From: Eledone cirrhosa
Lineage: Eukaryota
NCBI GenBank assembly: GCA_964016885.1
Contig: OZ024743.1
Span: forward strand, 299,026,001 to 299,090,000
Length of the DNA stretch: 64,000 bases
Direction of reading: 5' to 3'
Positions 1 through 15,156 of this stretch are shown piece by piece. The translations under genes were made by a program, and so were the position numbers. The first letter of the stretch is position 1. Each line of letters starts with the position of its first letter. The notes under the pieces are model-generated. The model saw nothing but the letters and a program-made list of their open reading frames with translations, ran no database searches and was not told where the DNA came from.

Positions 1-492
1 AGAATCATCTGCAAATTGATAACAGAATTGAAACACATTTATTTTAAATATTAAAAGGTATGTAGACTAGTTAAATGTTTCTTTTTGTGTTCGTTTAAAT
101 TGAATACAAGACCGTAAGTATATACGAAAAAGGAACATAATGCGTTTTAGTAAAATGTCTTGCTTCAGTGTATACATCTTATCATACAATATTTCAATAC
201 AATTGAATATTGTCATTGTATTTCTATATAATGTATGACAGGCAACAGGGTGTTTATCTCGGTTGTGTAATGTGACTTGCTAATACTCAGCTAATTGTAT
301 CTTCGAACCATGCATGCATTAACTCTCGATAACATTGTTACAACTTATTTTGGGTTCCATTTATTATTTAACGGATCCACTTTATGCTACATTTTGAATT
401 TAAATCTCGTTGAAGGAGAATTTATCTTTGTAATAAATAAGTATAATATTACTCGAAACCTTTAAGCTATATATATATATATGTGTGTGTAT

Positions 493-541
<49 letters not shown>

Positions 542-1656
542 GAATTAAATTATATATATATATTGTATTAAATTCATGGGTATCTTAATTTTCTCTTTTC
601 AAATATATGAAAAACTCCTCGAAAACAGGTCCGTACTTTATTATATATTTGTAAACTGTCTATGTGCACGTTCCATTCCCCCCACCCCCCGTAATATTTT
701 AAGCAACTCCCCTAACACCACCTCGCACCCTTTTCCTTTGTATATAGACATTCATTGTTACTAGTGACTGTTTGATTCAAAGTTTCAGCGACATTACAGG
801 TTTATCAAACAATAGGCTTCGATAAGCTAGTAGTGTTATATAGTTTAGTTGAGGTACAAAACAAAAATGTTGTCTCGTATTAGGTATAGAGGTGATAGTG
901 CGTGTTATGAATGATATAAAAAAAGCCCATTAAGCTGTATGTTGATTCCATTATAAATACCAGAAAACGTATTTAGTGTGTCATGTTTCGAGGTGTTTAT
1001 GTATGTATGTATGTATTTTTTGTGGAGCGAGAGACTTCTAGTCTTCAAGACACCTCTCTAGGAGAAGGTCACTCTGATATAAAAACTATGACTTCGTTTG
1101 GATCCAATGATGTAGACCAATATTTCTTTTTGGGCAAATGCATTCGATGTTCAGAGAGTCGGATTGACCCGGTGCAAAGGCTTTCCTCACTTAAAAAAGT
1201 TTCAAGCACAGGCATCGCTTGTTATGTGACATTTTTTGTGCTGCATGGTATTGCTGGCCATAGGAAAGTTCTTAACAGGACTAAAACGCCACGTCATGTT
1301 TAAGTATCAAGCGATGGCATTTCTCGAAACCAAGTTGCAGCCATCATGATGTATGTATGTGTGTATGTGTGCATGTAGGTGTTGGGAAATATGGAAGATG
1401 TCTGAGGTAGCAATTATGGAGGAAGTCTTAATTCTAATAAAGACAATTAGTTCACAGTTGACATTGTTTTTAGGAATGTACTTTTTACGAGTTTGAAATC
1501 CGATAGTCTTGTCCGCTAGATATTTTGTTTATTGTTTGCTTTGTTTTCTGAGTGTATTATTTGCGTATAGGGCATTCGATGATTGCTTTGTGTTTGTTCT
1601 GAATGTGTCTGCGTTCAGTTCAGATTTGTGCATTTAACGATCCTACTTGAGTATTT

Positions 1657-1708
<52 letters not shown>

Positions 1709-1721
1709 GCACACGCACACG

Positions 1722-1753
<32 letters not shown>

Positions 1754-2020
1754 GTGTATATATGTGTGTGTATATTTAGTGTAGTTATCGATGGTGATTA
1801 GACTGGTTGGAGCAATAAGGGTGTTGTTTAAAAACACAGAGAAAACCCACTACAGGTTAACTAGTTGAAACATTCAGCTGTATGATGAAAGGCTTTGATA
1901 AACCGAGAACTTACTAGAAAAATTAAAAACAGTGTTTGCTACATTCAAAATCGTGCGACTCACACACACGCGCGCACACACATACACACACATACACCCT
2001 CCCATTTACACTTTTATATA

Positions 2021-2099
2021 CAAGGTTTCCATAAAGTCCGTGTGTCATTTAAAATACTTGTATTATTTTAAATTGCACGTGGACTTTCTGGACACTATG
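2021..2099. mobile_element. Tiny Tc1/mariner-type MITE remnant
   Basis: Imperfect ~25-bp terminal inverted repeats (caaggtttccataaagtccgtgtg / gcacgtggactttctggacactatg), flanked by TA on both sides. Confidence 0.5.
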
Positions 2100-3350
2100 T
2101 ATATAATGTATATTTTAACCGCATAGTACAGGAGAGTAGAAAAGGTTTAGAATCGGGAGGGGTGACGGATTATTTCCCTTTCATAATTGTCAATTTCTAC
2201 ACAGCTTTCTTTAAATAATACAAAAGTAGCAAACAAATATTTGTTCAGATTCAACAATTTATTCTTAACCACATGTATATATCTGCCTGGCCTTTTCAGT
2301 ACATATCTTTACAATGTTTATATTGATAGTTAATAGTATTTAAAGAATAACACTTCAACATGTATTACATTTCAGGGAAAATTTCATCGTCTGTGTGTAG
2401 CTGTTGTATTGTGTATACAATTGTCAAGTGTATGTATAGTTGTCAGAGACAATTAAATGAGACAAGCAACGGTGTAATGTGTGTTATATTATGAGGAATA
2501 TATCCCAAAGAAGATAAAGCAAAATCGACCGGATTTGAAATATGAACTTCGACGACATCAAATTCGATTGAGTATTTCATCTAGATAAGTTTGCTACTTT
2601 CGTAAACCAAGACATTTTAGCATTAATTGAATCTTGGTGTTGATATAATGTATATTGTGTTCGGTTTTATGAGATTTTAACAGCGTATTCATTTATTCTA
2701 TGGCTTGCATATACTTAACGTACAATTTGGTTATTTTTGCTGTGTATTGTATACGTTGAATTTATTGTGGTTAGTTTGTTTCTGTATTGTATACTTTGCT
2801 CTGCTAAATTATTTGAATATTGATTGGATGTTAGCATAATGAAAGTAACTTACCCGATAGTTATATCTACTTGCTAGCTTGCCAAACTGAACAAAGTGGA
2901 ATTAACAGTTTTGCCTGTAGCCATATAGAAACACCTGCAGCAGATATGACATAACCTGCTCCAGAGCTGATAGTTCAATACCTTATGCACTTGTTTTATA
3001 TTATATTGGCACAACACTTTACAAATGCCAGGAGTAGGAAATGGAATCTATTATATTTTTTTGTGTTTCCTAAGTGTATTAAAAGTGAAAATGAAATGAA
3101 TGAGTTTCTACAGTGAATGAAACCAAACTCAACGTCACAAGCCATTAGACAATTGAAATGTTATTATCCACAATTAGCATTCAGGGGTTATATTCACTAA
3201 AAGAAAAAGCGTGACACTCATGCTATAGTAGAGAGCATTAAGAATGCAGAAGAAATGGATACATTATCATTGGGGATGGAAACCTCATTACGGTTGTAAC
3301 TAGCTTGCATATATTATTGTATGATGATCACCACGTATAGTACAAATAAT

Positions 3351-3713
3351 TGTTTCTACTTTTGGCACAAGGCCAGCAAATACCCAGTGCATTACTGGTA
3401 CTTTATTTTATCGACCCCGTAAGGATGAAAGGCAAAGTCAACCTCGGCGGCATTTGAACTCAGATCGTAAAGGGACGTAACTATGCTGGAAAGCATGGCG
3501 TCCGAACCTCTACCGATACTGCCAATCCACTGCCCTTATTTATAGTACAAATAATTGTTTCTACTTTAGGCACAAGGCCAGCAATTAACCAGTGCATTAC
3601 TGGTACTTTATTTTATCGACCCCGTAAGGATGAAAGGCAAAGTCAACCTCGGCGGGATTTGAACTCAGATCGTAAAGGGACGTAACCGATACTGCCAATC
3701 CATCGCCCTTATT
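3351..3713 (-). mobile_element. Two tandem tRNA-derived SINEs (3351-3540, 3556-3713)
   Basis: Minus strand shows A-box-like tggcagtatcggt, B-box gagttcaaat(c/g)c, central gcctttcatccttacggggtcgataaa and 3' gccttgtgccaaaagtagaaac. tatagtacaaataat occurs at 3336, 3541 and 3714. Confidence 0.9.
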
Positions 3714-3992
3714 TATAGTACAAATAATGATGTATCATTCGTACTGATTCCATCGACTATAGAGAGATGAAAACAAGTACCGTATCTGTTTCATGGGGCA
3801 TGTAGTTGAATATATATTGGCCATTACACAGCTCTATAATTAGTAATTTATAATTTGGTACTATACAAAGGTTTTATGGAGAAGTAGTAGTCTTAGTTAA
3901 CTCTAGAATTTAACTCGATTTGTGTTTTCACTTATTTAGCTAAACGCATGCAAAGTTCACCATGAAACAAACATAAAAGTGGTTATAAATTT

Positions 3993-4153
3993 AATAGTTT
4001 CTGATTTAGGAACAAGGCCAGCAATTTTGTGGGGAGAGGAAAGTCAATTAAATCGACCCCAGTGCGTTACTGGCACTTTATTTTATCGATCTCGTAAGGA
4101 TGAAAATCAAATCTAACCTCGGCATGTCGTCCGGGGTTCCACTGATACTGCCT
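3993..4153 (-). mobile_element. SINE of the same family, internally deleted
   Basis: Shares aacaaggccagcaa and tttatcga..cgtaaggatgaaa motifs with the 3351 copy. Confidence 0.75.
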
Positions 4154-5007
4154 TAGAGGAAATAAATATATACTACAATTCATTTACGCTGACACTACCG
4201 TTCCTGCCGCTAAATAATATTTCTGTTTTTGTAAGGAACTATATTTACAATTGATAATCAATATAAACCTGTCCCCAACTTTATTCAACTTATATCAGCT
4301 TGATGCATGTGGCCACCATAAATACCAACACAAAAGAATATTTTAAATATTTCATTTGAAATTGTTGAGCATACATTTAATAGAGATCTATAAATATAGC
4401 AGTTGGCACATTAGTCGTTTAATTGTATTCACGGTGAGTGAATTCCCTCAAGCTAGATGAAGGATGTGACTTGTTTTTGAAATTATTATCATGTTTAGCT
4501 ATTAATCCAATATTTAAGAAAAAGCAAATATTTTAAAACAGCAACGGTTTTGGCTAAATGATAGATTTGTTTCATTGCTTTCCCCTCAAAATATTTATCA
4601 AAATATTTTATTGCATGCAGTTGACAGCACTTGCTTATTGCAAAAGCTCATTATTCTTTATTATTCATCCACTTTACATTCGATATTTTCATTCTTATAT
4701 TTCATTTTTCTTCTTCCTTTTAGCTGAAATGTGTTTTCCTTGTACCGCAATAACAATATAGTATTACGAAATGTAAACCAGCGAAATCAATTCCAATTTT
4801 GACGGTTATTTCGTTGATAGTATTTTTTAAAAACATATTAATTGAAATATATTTCAATAATTCCTTTACTTCTAAACGACAAAGAATATTCCATGAAATG
4901 TGTGAGCAAAATCCATTGTCACATATTCAGTTACTGTATGCAATTATATCGCTTCCAATAGGGAAAAGACTATTTATTAAATGCTGGATACCAATAATAA
5001 TAATAAT

Positions 5008-5190
5008 TGTTTCTAGTTTTGGCACAAGACCAGTAATTATACAGTACATTACTGGTACTTTATTTTATCGACTCCGTAAGGATGAAAGGCAAAGTTAACC
5101 TCGGCGGGGTTTGAACTCAGATCGTAAAGGGACGTAACTACGCTGGAAAGCATGTCTGACCCTCTACGGAATACTGCCAATTCACCGCCC
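5008..5190 (-). mobile_element. SINE of the same family
   Basis: Near-full copy with B-box, flanked by caataataataa on both sides. Confidence 0.85.
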
Positions 5191-5249
5191 ATCAATAATA
5201 ATAACACTAACAGATAACAATGAACAACAAATTGAAAACAACAACATAC

Positions 5250-8150
5250 CCCAGTAGTGTGGGGAGCATCACCCAGAGGTAATTTAAGAACACCACAGAT
5301 GTTTTCGACAAATCATCACCAGTCCGCAATGCACTCCCTTGTCTGTAGAGATTGTTGTCTCAAGCCGGTACGGCCCACCGGTAGCATCACAAACCAGAGA
5401 TTTCTAGAAATTGTCCATAGTCCTCTGCCCGAAAGTCCTATTTCTGTTCGACGCCTAAAAATTCCCTTGAACATCATCACTCTTGTCTACCACTAGTCCT
5501 CTAGAGAATGCTAACATGAAATATACATTGGTAGAGGGCAGTTATCGCCAGTCAACATTCCTGATGACAGGCGCTCAGTTTCTTTCTTTGATTGACTCAA
5601 GACTGCAGCTCAGTGAAAGAGACGATAGGGAATGATGTTTCTGACAAAACCTAACCATAAACGTTTACCGTTTTGGAACATCTGCAAACGACGTAACCCC
5701 AGCGCATGAATAGCCACACTATGCCGAGCCCTCAGTGCAAAAAGGTTGTTTGCAGCAGATGAATTGCTTAACCAGTAAAATGCGTCCCTTCCATTAGAAT
5801 TGAAAGAACTCACTGTACAAACTGGTGAGATGAAAACCGATGCATGGGAGGACGGTCACGTGGTAATACTTGATGGGGGGTGATGTACGCATTAGACACT
5901 TCTCTAGCCGATCGTTTAGGGATAGCTTCTTTCTGGTCTATTTCTGACTGAGACTGACTACCATGCTCGTTGCCTTGACTAAGTTCCTAGCCTCTTAAAG
6001 GTCCAGACGAAACGAAACCTCGAACCATTTAACCGGTCTGTCCTTGAAACGACCTACGATGCTGTTTAATGATATGAACTTCCATCTCTAGGTTTCAAAC
6101 AGCAAATCCAGCCTCTGAAGACGAAACCGAAACCAGTTGCCGTGAGGTCACTCTCAAAGTAAAGACGCAAGACACCATCAAAAGCTTTAGATTGATCCAA
6201 GTTGTTCAGAATACTACAGAAGCTAAGTTTACTCCTTACGCACGAAGTGAATAAAACTGGACGTGATTGCGCACATATGTGCTTTCCCGACAAAAACATC
6301 TTGATGATAAGCGTCAATGTCTTTGTTAGTACCTTGGCTGTATTTTAAACTCTGTGCTGAACAAATTTATCATCCTCAAGTTTTCAGGCCTTTTCGTTAC
6401 AGAACTGTGTCTCCTATTCCAAGCTGACTAAGAGATGTGTAGATTTTCAAGTCATTAAATTCTGGAATAGTGCGTGTGTATCGGAACTCCTGCTCTCGCT
6501 GATATCTAGTTAGAGACATGAGGTCGGTGAGTAACCGAATCCAGGGTATGAGCATTTATACATCCTACTCATATAGTTACCGTGTTGGCCAAAACAGAAT
6601 GAGAGGAATAAAGTAGGTGGGGGAGCTAATTACCATCCTGGTGCTGTTAACCATCGTGTAGGTCGACCTCTTTATTTTGGGGGCTTCATTGGGAAGTCTT
6701 TTAACATCCTGTTGGTGGCCTTTATACGTGCGATCTATGATCTTGTAGGAAGCTTTACTTCATGGTTTTATATATCTGCGCAGGCATTCTGCCTATTTTC
6801 CAAGTTTGTGGCACCTTGAATGTGTTGCTGTTGAAAGTACCCCTCCCCCGTTTCAATGTCCTCATTTTGTGCTATAAAAGACGTCAATCATTCGATCTTC
6901 TACCTCACTAGCACTAATTTCGTTGTACGAGTACTTAGTTGTCATTTTTGTGTATATGTGGGCTTGTGTTTTTGTGCAAGTTTCCTTTTTGTAATGGGTA
7001 GTGGAGTTTGTGCTAGTGTTCTGTTGATGGTGTTGGAGTTGGTGTCGTTTTCCTGTTTTCCGGAGTTGAGGCGAGACTAAAGTTCCTTTTCAAAGGCTTG
7101 TTTCTTTTTTCCTGTTCTTTGTTTTTCTGTGGCGTCGGCATTACCACCCCTCCCCAACATCCTCACCCTACCCTCTTTACTGCAAGACGAGGCGTTTTCA
7201 GTTTCTGAAAAATCCGACTAGGAGGCGCTTTGGAATGTGTGCACGTCGTGTGTGTGTGTGTGTGTGTGTGTGTTTAAAATGGTTAAAAAGAGAGAGAAAG
7301 AGAGAGAGAGAGAGATGTGTTGGGAGATTCTCGCACTGGGTTTGTTAGTATTTTTGTCTTCTGCTGTTTTGCTTTATATTAGTGGCTGTGGTGCTGTTGC
7401 TCTTGTTGTTGATGTTGGCCGTGCTGCTGCATTTGTTACATATGTCAAGTTTTTAGTGCTACTGTCACTGCTGTTGGTGTTGCTACTGTTATCGAGGATA
7501 GTGCTGTTGTTCTTCTTGTTCGCTGTTTGTGTCCGTGTTGTTAAGGTCCTCGTGTTGGTAGAAAGTTGGCACAGCGGTTCCCTGTCTTTTGTTACGGAGA
7601 GAAAATTCCTAGCTGATTGGGATCACCATATAGATAGCAGTGAAGATTTTGCCCTCAACTTTGTGATGTAGTTTAACCCATTCGACATGCGTATGAAGTC
7701 TGGTATCTTATAAAGTTTTATTGGCTTAATGTGCAGAAACAGTTCCAGCCTGATCACAGACTCGTTCTCCTGCCACATTCCGTTTAATTCCAGGAGAGTG
7801 TCGCTTCCTTCCAGGACAATGCAGCTCAGGATCCAGCTAGTGTCCAACTCCAGTGAGGTGTAATGCTCTGTAAATATGAAGGGAAAAGAAGGTCGTCGTC
7901 TCGTGACAGGGGAAGAAAAAATGTACTAGTTTTGAGGGCTTCGCTTAAAATGCATTGCTCTGCCACAAAACTTCTTTGGTCAAGCGATAATTTGAATGTT
8001 GGGCCATATATTATTAAAGCACCTGTTGACCTTAGCATGTGGAGCAGATTCTGGGGGAACTTCTTGAACGGGGGTAGCTAAACTAACCCAACGTTCCTTC
8101 CATTTTGATTAACTTGGCCGCTTGTGATAAACAGGTTTTTATTTAATATA
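5250..8150 (-). mobile_element. Decayed L1/Tx1-like LINE (ORF1 and RT remnants)
   Basis: Minus ORF 6066-6317 contains the RT motif LDQSKAFD. HALGLRRL-like post-RT segment at ~5700, degenerate zinc-knuckle near 6800, ORF1-like fragments at 7623-8038. Confidence 0.6.
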
Positions 8151-9027
8151 CACATTTAAAAAGTTTCTGCTGCTTTGGTAGCTGTTGGTTCGAAAGTGTT
8201 GGTTTCTTTGTTATTGTTGTTAAATTTGTTGATTTCCGTTATATTTCTTGTTGTAGTGGTGGTGATGAGGGTGTTGGTTGTAGCAGTGATTATGGTATTG
8301 TTTTGATTGCTTTATGGTTTCGAAGTGCTGCTAATATTGTTGTTGCTTTTGGCTGTGTTATGTTGTTGTTTGTTGTGGTTATGAGGGTGGAAATAGTTGT
8401 TTGCAATGCTGGAAAAGTAATGTTACATAAATAAGCAAATATGACCATCAAACACCTATATCTATACGTAGATACATCTAGAACAAACGCAAAATAATCA
8501 ACGAAAAAATAATCAACGAATACCCAAATACGTAAGTAATACATTCAGAAAAAAAACAAAGCCAACAATATACAAAACACCCAGGGGATAAGACCATCGA
8601 ATGCCAAACTTGTAACTAATACACTCACTAAAACAAAGCCAATTATAAACTAAATATCTATATTATTTTTCTGTTGCTTGACCTTTTTCGCAGTTCTTGT
8701 TGCTGCTTTCTTCTGCGGTGGTTGAACTTTGAGTTGAACTTCGGCGGCTATTCTTCTCTAAGGATGAAATTTGTTTTTCCACCTTGCTTTTTCAAACAAA
8801 ATTTGGGGGAAGTTTTGTGCCAAATAGGGATTAGGAATAAAAAAAATTGACAAAAAAATCAAATATTTCCATTAAAAATGTTTGAAATACATATAAATCG
8901 ATATTAAACTCACAAGCAAATGGTCAAGAGACATTTCAGCAGCCCCGGCAACAACAAAAACAGCTGCAGCAACACCAACAACAACGACAACAACAACAAC
9001 AGCATCCACCATCACAAACAAGAAGGT

Positions 9028-9088
<61 letters not shown>

Positions 9089-9149
9089 GTATAACATTTT
9101 ATATAAAATACACATACATAATAGTTTCTAAACTGTAGTAAAGATTAGC

Positions 9150-10540
9150 CGAGCATATAACAATTTTCAAGCGAAACGGAAGACTTCTCCCGTTCTCAGA
9201 AATTCTCAGAAATAAAGGAAGGCAGCGGGTGATGTACACAGTGGATTATGATAGCAGCTGGATTTATCCATTAAGAGAATTAACTAGTTTGTCATAATTG
9301 TTGAAGTCGATTATCTATATACCATGAATAATGTTATGTTAGGTTGGTTTCAAACCTCTCCCCGAATCTCAGAATTCAGCCGATAGAAATTTCACCTCAT
9401 CGGCAACGGGTCTTTCTTGCTGTTCTAAGTGCTTTCAGAAATGATTCATAATCTCTGATTGGAAAGTACTTTGTAAAAGCACATATTTATGGACATTGTC
9501 CGTATGCCTTAGGATATTATCGCCCATATTCTCTAATATATCTGTATAAAATGCAAGAATGGTTGTTTCTACCGACTCCATTGTCATGAGTATCCCGTAA
9601 CATGCAAGATAGCAATCGTCTACTCTATGTCTGCATGTAACTGGGGACTATAGTCCGCTGAAAGGGACGAGTTTTTTCAGTAAGGAAGAATTTCAAAATG
9701 AATCCTCTCTTATTAACCGCCCAAGAATATATGCAGATGTATTAACATTAGCACATGTCTTCGATTCAGTGACACGACATATTGAGATCCACAGAATGGA
9801 TACTGGAAACATGGATTTTTTTGATCAAGATAAGATGTTAAATGAGTTAAACAATGCAGATAAATCTCTCTTTCTACAGTGGTAGGACAGTAATGGATAA
9901 AACAGTGATGTGTATATTCGCTACCTTCACACAGGCCTCAGAATACATCCCTCAGATAGGTTCTGAATGACGTGTGCCATCCTTGTCATCACCTCGTCCA
10001 ATTTCAGTTTATCTGTAGATTTGGGCCAAATCAAAAGCCGAGTTCTGTGGCAACATAGCGATAAACATTTGTACGTATGGACTTAATTCTCCATGTAGAT
10101 GCTGGGCACCCACAAAATCGTTCTAATCAATGCGTACTCTCGCCACCACCTCACAAAATCCCCAAGGTACACTCCTCATGATTTTCCTAAACGTCATTTG
10201 AGATGTTACAGGATAAAATCCCTTCCCAAATACCAAGAGAATCATGTTTGAAATATCGATATCTTTGCAGTCATACTAGTGGAAAAGATTCGCTAGCCAA
10301 AAGACAAAACATTCTCTTGCTGTGCACTTATCCCGAGAACCAAGAATTTAAAAATCATTCCTTAGCTGATAGTGACTAACTACAAGATGTGTTTATTTCG
10401 AGGTCGTCTAAGGAAGGCATGAATCGTGCGTTCCCGAATTGTCTCGTTGATGGCTACTATATCTGCAATAATATTGAGTTAACAATTCTCCATAAAACGT
10501 GGAACTTTCGTCCACGAATGAATAAGCCTCATCTTGTTCA
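9150..10540 (-). mobile_element. Decayed L1/Tx1-like LINE fragment (RT C-terminal region)
   Basis: Minus translation near 10030 gives FGPNLQIN*NW, resembling the WFGPDLQxEKNW region I recall from Tx1-type ORF2. Many stops. Confidence 0.45.
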
Positions 10541-11889
10541 TCTTAGTAAAAAAATAGTTTAAAATATATTTGTTCCTTGTATGCTTACTGAAATGTTTCA
10601 TCTATTCGAAGATAATATATGGAATGCTGCAAAATGTATCATTAGATTATCATTTTTATTTGGTATCTTTATTATATATTATATATTGAATAGAAGGTCC
10701 TGTTGTATCTATACCATTTACAGTTGTAGTTCAATAAGGCGAATAAAGCACTTTCCAAGCCGAAATCAGATTTAGTCTCCTAACATATAGTTAGATTTTC
10801 TTCTTAAACTACAAATATATTTACACACGCACGAATAACCTTGTGAAAAATAAAACAATTCATTCACCGGTTTCGGTTGGATATATGTGTTTGCCTTTTT
10901 TCCTTTATAACTCGATTTCTCCATTATATTTCTTTTTTGTTCTCTGTTGCCATCTGCGTTTAAACATACATATATATGTCTATTTGTTTGTACCACTATA
11001 GTGTCTAATAAACATGTTTACGATAGTGTCAAATGAAATACATGCTTAGCTAAAAGGAAATATCTTTTTAAATTTGAATTTTCAATAACATTAAAATTCA
11101 ATATTAGTTCAACGAATATCATTGTTGAAACACATATTAAAAAAAAAGCAAATTTTGTCTCGGAGTTAAAATAAACCCAAAGATATAAGTTAAAATAAAC
11201 CAAAGATAAACCCAAAATTTAAAGCATATTTTCTAAAATTCAAATTTCCATTTCGTTGTGCAAGAACTGATACGAGATACGGGCCTGAAATTCCAGATAA
11301 CAAACATTAGTAAAACATGATAGAAACATATTTTAAGAGTTTGAAAAAAGAACATATGAGTGTTATGAATATTTACCATTGTGATGCGAATAAATGTCTT
11401 ACACGGAGAAAATGTTACTTAATAACATGTGTAACAATGTACTTTGGATTTGGATTTTTAAGATAATTGCATTTAATTTTACAGACTTTAAATCGAGCAT
11501 TCGCTCAATACAATTCTAAATAATAAATAAGGAAACGCAGCACATTTAATATCAAGAATTGAAACACACATGACTTACACAGTATGTAAAACTGGTGATT
11601 GTTACATCCAGCAAAGTTTACACCACATGTCTCTCTCGTTTACATTAGGTACATGTATCTACGAGCTATAGTGGATTTTTTACCACACATAAGATTAACG
11701 TTTGCTGTCTAGTTATACACAAGTACATCGGCAGAGGGGGGGGGGGGTGCAGACAGACAGACACACATGTAGGTAGAGAATAAAATTGTGCATGTATGTG
11801 TTGGATCATCTCCGTCGAATTCGGTGGCGAATTTTCCAGTTGCTGGAACACGCAAATGTCTGCTTAGGAAATTAATATAGGTGTGGTTG

Positions 11890-12085
11890 AACATTCCACA
11901 GACACGTGTACCCTTAACGTAGTTCTCGAGGGAAGATTTAACGTAACGCACTGTGTAACAAGGCCGACCCTTTAAATTGCAGCTACAACGCATTTTTGCC
12001 AGCTGGATTGATGGGGGCAACGTGAAATAAACTGTCTTGCTCAAGGACACAACGCACTACTGGGAATCAAACTCACCACCTTATC
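11890..12085 (-). mobile_element. SINE of a second (CORE/V-like) family
   Basis: Motif gcaacgtgaaataaactgtcttgctcaaggacacaacgc and tRNA-like gggaatcaaactca; similar to 37010-37121. Confidence 0.65.
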
Positions 12086-12477
12086 TCTCACGAGGCTTTT
12101 ACATCACACATATTTATATAAACGTTCACAGACACATAAACACGCGCATACACACACACACACACGCGCGCACACACACTTATATGTATATCAATTGTTA
12201 TATATTTTATTATTTATTTCTGCGTTTCCTGTTGCATTTCACGTGTATTTTCTTTCCAGGCATTAGTATTTTAGATTATCATTACACACATACACACACA
12301 TGCATACATGCAACACACATATAATATGATCAAATATAGATGCAAGTATATACCGGCAAAATCCACCAGGAAATATAGATATTAATAATGAAATCAATAT
12401 TCACATGTGTGAATATATAACTATATGTACCTATATATATATATATGTATGTGTATGTATATATATATGTGTGTATG

Positions 12478-12508
<31 letters not shown>

Positions 12509-12550
12509 ATGCCCACAAACATATATATATATATATATGTTTGTGGGCAT

Positions 12551-12584
<34 letters not shown>

Positions 12585-13054
12585 GCATACATAATCATGC
12601 ACACATACACTTGAATATATTAATATTCACATGTATAAACTCATACGCACATATTAACACGATGTGCGCGCTCACACACATACGCCTCTCAACACATGTA
12701 GGCATGGATGCGTGACAGTAATACCCGTTCAAATGTAAATTGATGAGAAATAGAAAAATATACATAAAGTATATGATGATAAAGATGCTCCGGCAAAATT
12801 CGGTACAAAGCAAGGAAGAATTATATAGATGAATGTGAGAAGCAGCCAGGGGTGACAAAAATTCTTTAAAATATATAAATATGTAAGTAAATGAATATAT
12901 AATATAATGCAGTTTTAGAAAAATAACAAACATGGATGCAATACTTTGCAGAAATTATACCCAGTCAAAAGCAAATGGTTTCATGCGTGTTTAGTTCATG
13001 CGTGTTTATAATGGGTAAACATATAGTTTGTTGCCTACTTACAGGAATTTAAGA

Positions 13055-13748
13055 TTTCAGATATTCAACTACAAACATTGGAGTTCCAGTGAAGCAGATG
13101 GAGTTCAAGTATCTCGGGGCCGTATTCACAAGTGATAGAAAGCAGGATACTGAATTAAGTGCAAGAATTTCAAGAGCTGGAGCAGCAATACGCCAGCCTC
13201 AGAATTCGATCATCAAAGGAGAGGTAGGTGTTAAAACCAAACTTACTATCTTCAATTCGGTATTCGTGATAACACATACTTATGGTTATGGATTTTGTAT
13301 AATGACCGAAAGAACACGATCACGAATATAAGCGGCCGAAATGGAGTTCCGAAGGGTCTTAGGGGTGACATTATTCGATAGAGTGCGTAACTGGAAGATC
13401 AGAGAGTCATTCCCGTTAGAGTTGCTACTTCACCGAATTGAGAGATCACGGCTCTTATACTAAGTACATGTGGTTAGAATGTCTCAGGGAAGATTCACTG
13501 TACAAATTTTTACAGGAAAAAAACCAATCAGTAGGAGATACAGGAGTAGACCCCGAGTAAGGTGGTTAGATATCATCCATGAACTCGGCTGGTCTCGCTT
13601 GGAGATTCAGCCGGATAAAGTGGAGACGGTTACCTCTGCCAGGTCCCGCTGGAATGAATGTTTGAGGACTCTTGCTCCCACGACCCTCTCAAGAAGAAGA
13701 AGAAGAAGAAGAAGAAGAAGAAGAAGAAGAAGAAGAAGAAGAAGAAGA
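13055..13748 (+). mobile_element. 5'-truncated RTE-clade LINE with (AAG)n tail
   Basis: ORFs with EFKYLGAVFT..ARISRA..TYG and (H)VVRM..GR..RPRVRWLD, the RTE RT C-terminus, followed by (aag)n. Confidence 0.85.
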
Positions 13749-15156
13749 TTACAGTAATGAGGATCTTTTTGTAAAACAAGTATTTCCTCAGATACAAAAT
13801 GACAATATAGCATGGGGTAAGCTAGACGGAGTAATACCTCTGCCTGCTTTCAGTTGTCTCTTTGAGCAGCCAAACGTACATCGCTAAATCATTGAGAAAG
13901 TATCTTTGAGGGTTAGCAAAATAATATTCAAGCTGGTAGAATCGTGTTTCGAAGTTATATTTCGTTAAGACTTCAGCTAAGATAGTCACTTAAGTGCAGT
14001 TTTACACAGTAAACCGAGAACATGTTCAAAGTATTGCCGTTAAACTGCAACGAAATAGGATTCTGCATCAGAGTAAAACCTAAGCTTATCACAGTTAATG
14101 TTTTCGCTATTACTTTAAACCTTGTTACTAATCATGTTAATACTTACCATACACATCATAACATTTGTTTTATATAAATAAGTGCTCTAAATATTCCATG
14201 TAGGAACTTGTGAAAATTGGACTCCAATATTAATCGGCGAATATCCGTATGATCTGCAGATAAATACAACTTTAGAAATCCCAGCACTTAAATGGCAGTA
14301 ATAAATGAGAGTGAATCCACTGAAGAAATATAATACTTCGCTGAAGTTAATGTCCTAAAAAGGTAAAGCCGAAAACACAGAATTGTATGGTAACATTCTG
14401 TCTTATACATAGCTATAAAAACTAAAGTAGTAAAAGAATTCCTCAAGCAAATATAGTTTTTCAGGAAACCACAATGGGAAAATCATTACAATGTATAACT
14501 CAGCATAGAGAACGAGAATACCTTGTCTATTCTAGAACATTTTAGCCCACATTTTAGGATGGAGTTTGAATACAGATCAGTCTGAGCTGCAGGTATACTT
14601 TATAGATAATGGGTGAAATATAAACATAATAGAGAACAAGATGTGTGATTTGTGTGTTAGCAAGTGATAATGTATGGGAACCGATTTTCATCCGACTCTA
14701 CGGATGGAAAGCTAAGGTAGACTACTACTGCAGCTATCTATTATTTCTACAATAGGTTTACAACTGTTATTAGTTTCTTACCTTCTCGTTATGTTGTCTT
14801 TTCCATGACAAATCAATTATTTTGGATCTTATATCGTTTTAGTATTTATTTTATCAATCTAGATTAAAAATAAAGGGTAATTTAATACGGCACTACGTAG
14901 CATTTAATCCGACACTACTTACCATTTCTACTATCCCAGAACGTTCAGCATTTAGTGTAACTGGCTAGACATCATTGGTTATAACTAGAAGGAAGTCCTA
15001 CACCAAATCACACAATACTTTTATTAAGAAGTGAACGTAAGATGGGGTAATATAGTCATAGATACACTATATATGAAAAACCAGTAAACACAAAACAAGA
15101 CGGCTTGTTATCAGCTGGAAAAGATCTGATCATAGATTCTCTTCATGAAGGTGGAA

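Noticed and set aside
2376-2580. Possible exon after a tttcag acceptor
   Set aside because: All three frames hit stops within ~120 nt and no protein is recognisable.
13672-13887. Poly-Glu/Arg/Leu ORFs
   Set aside because: They come from the (AAG)n tail of the RTE element.
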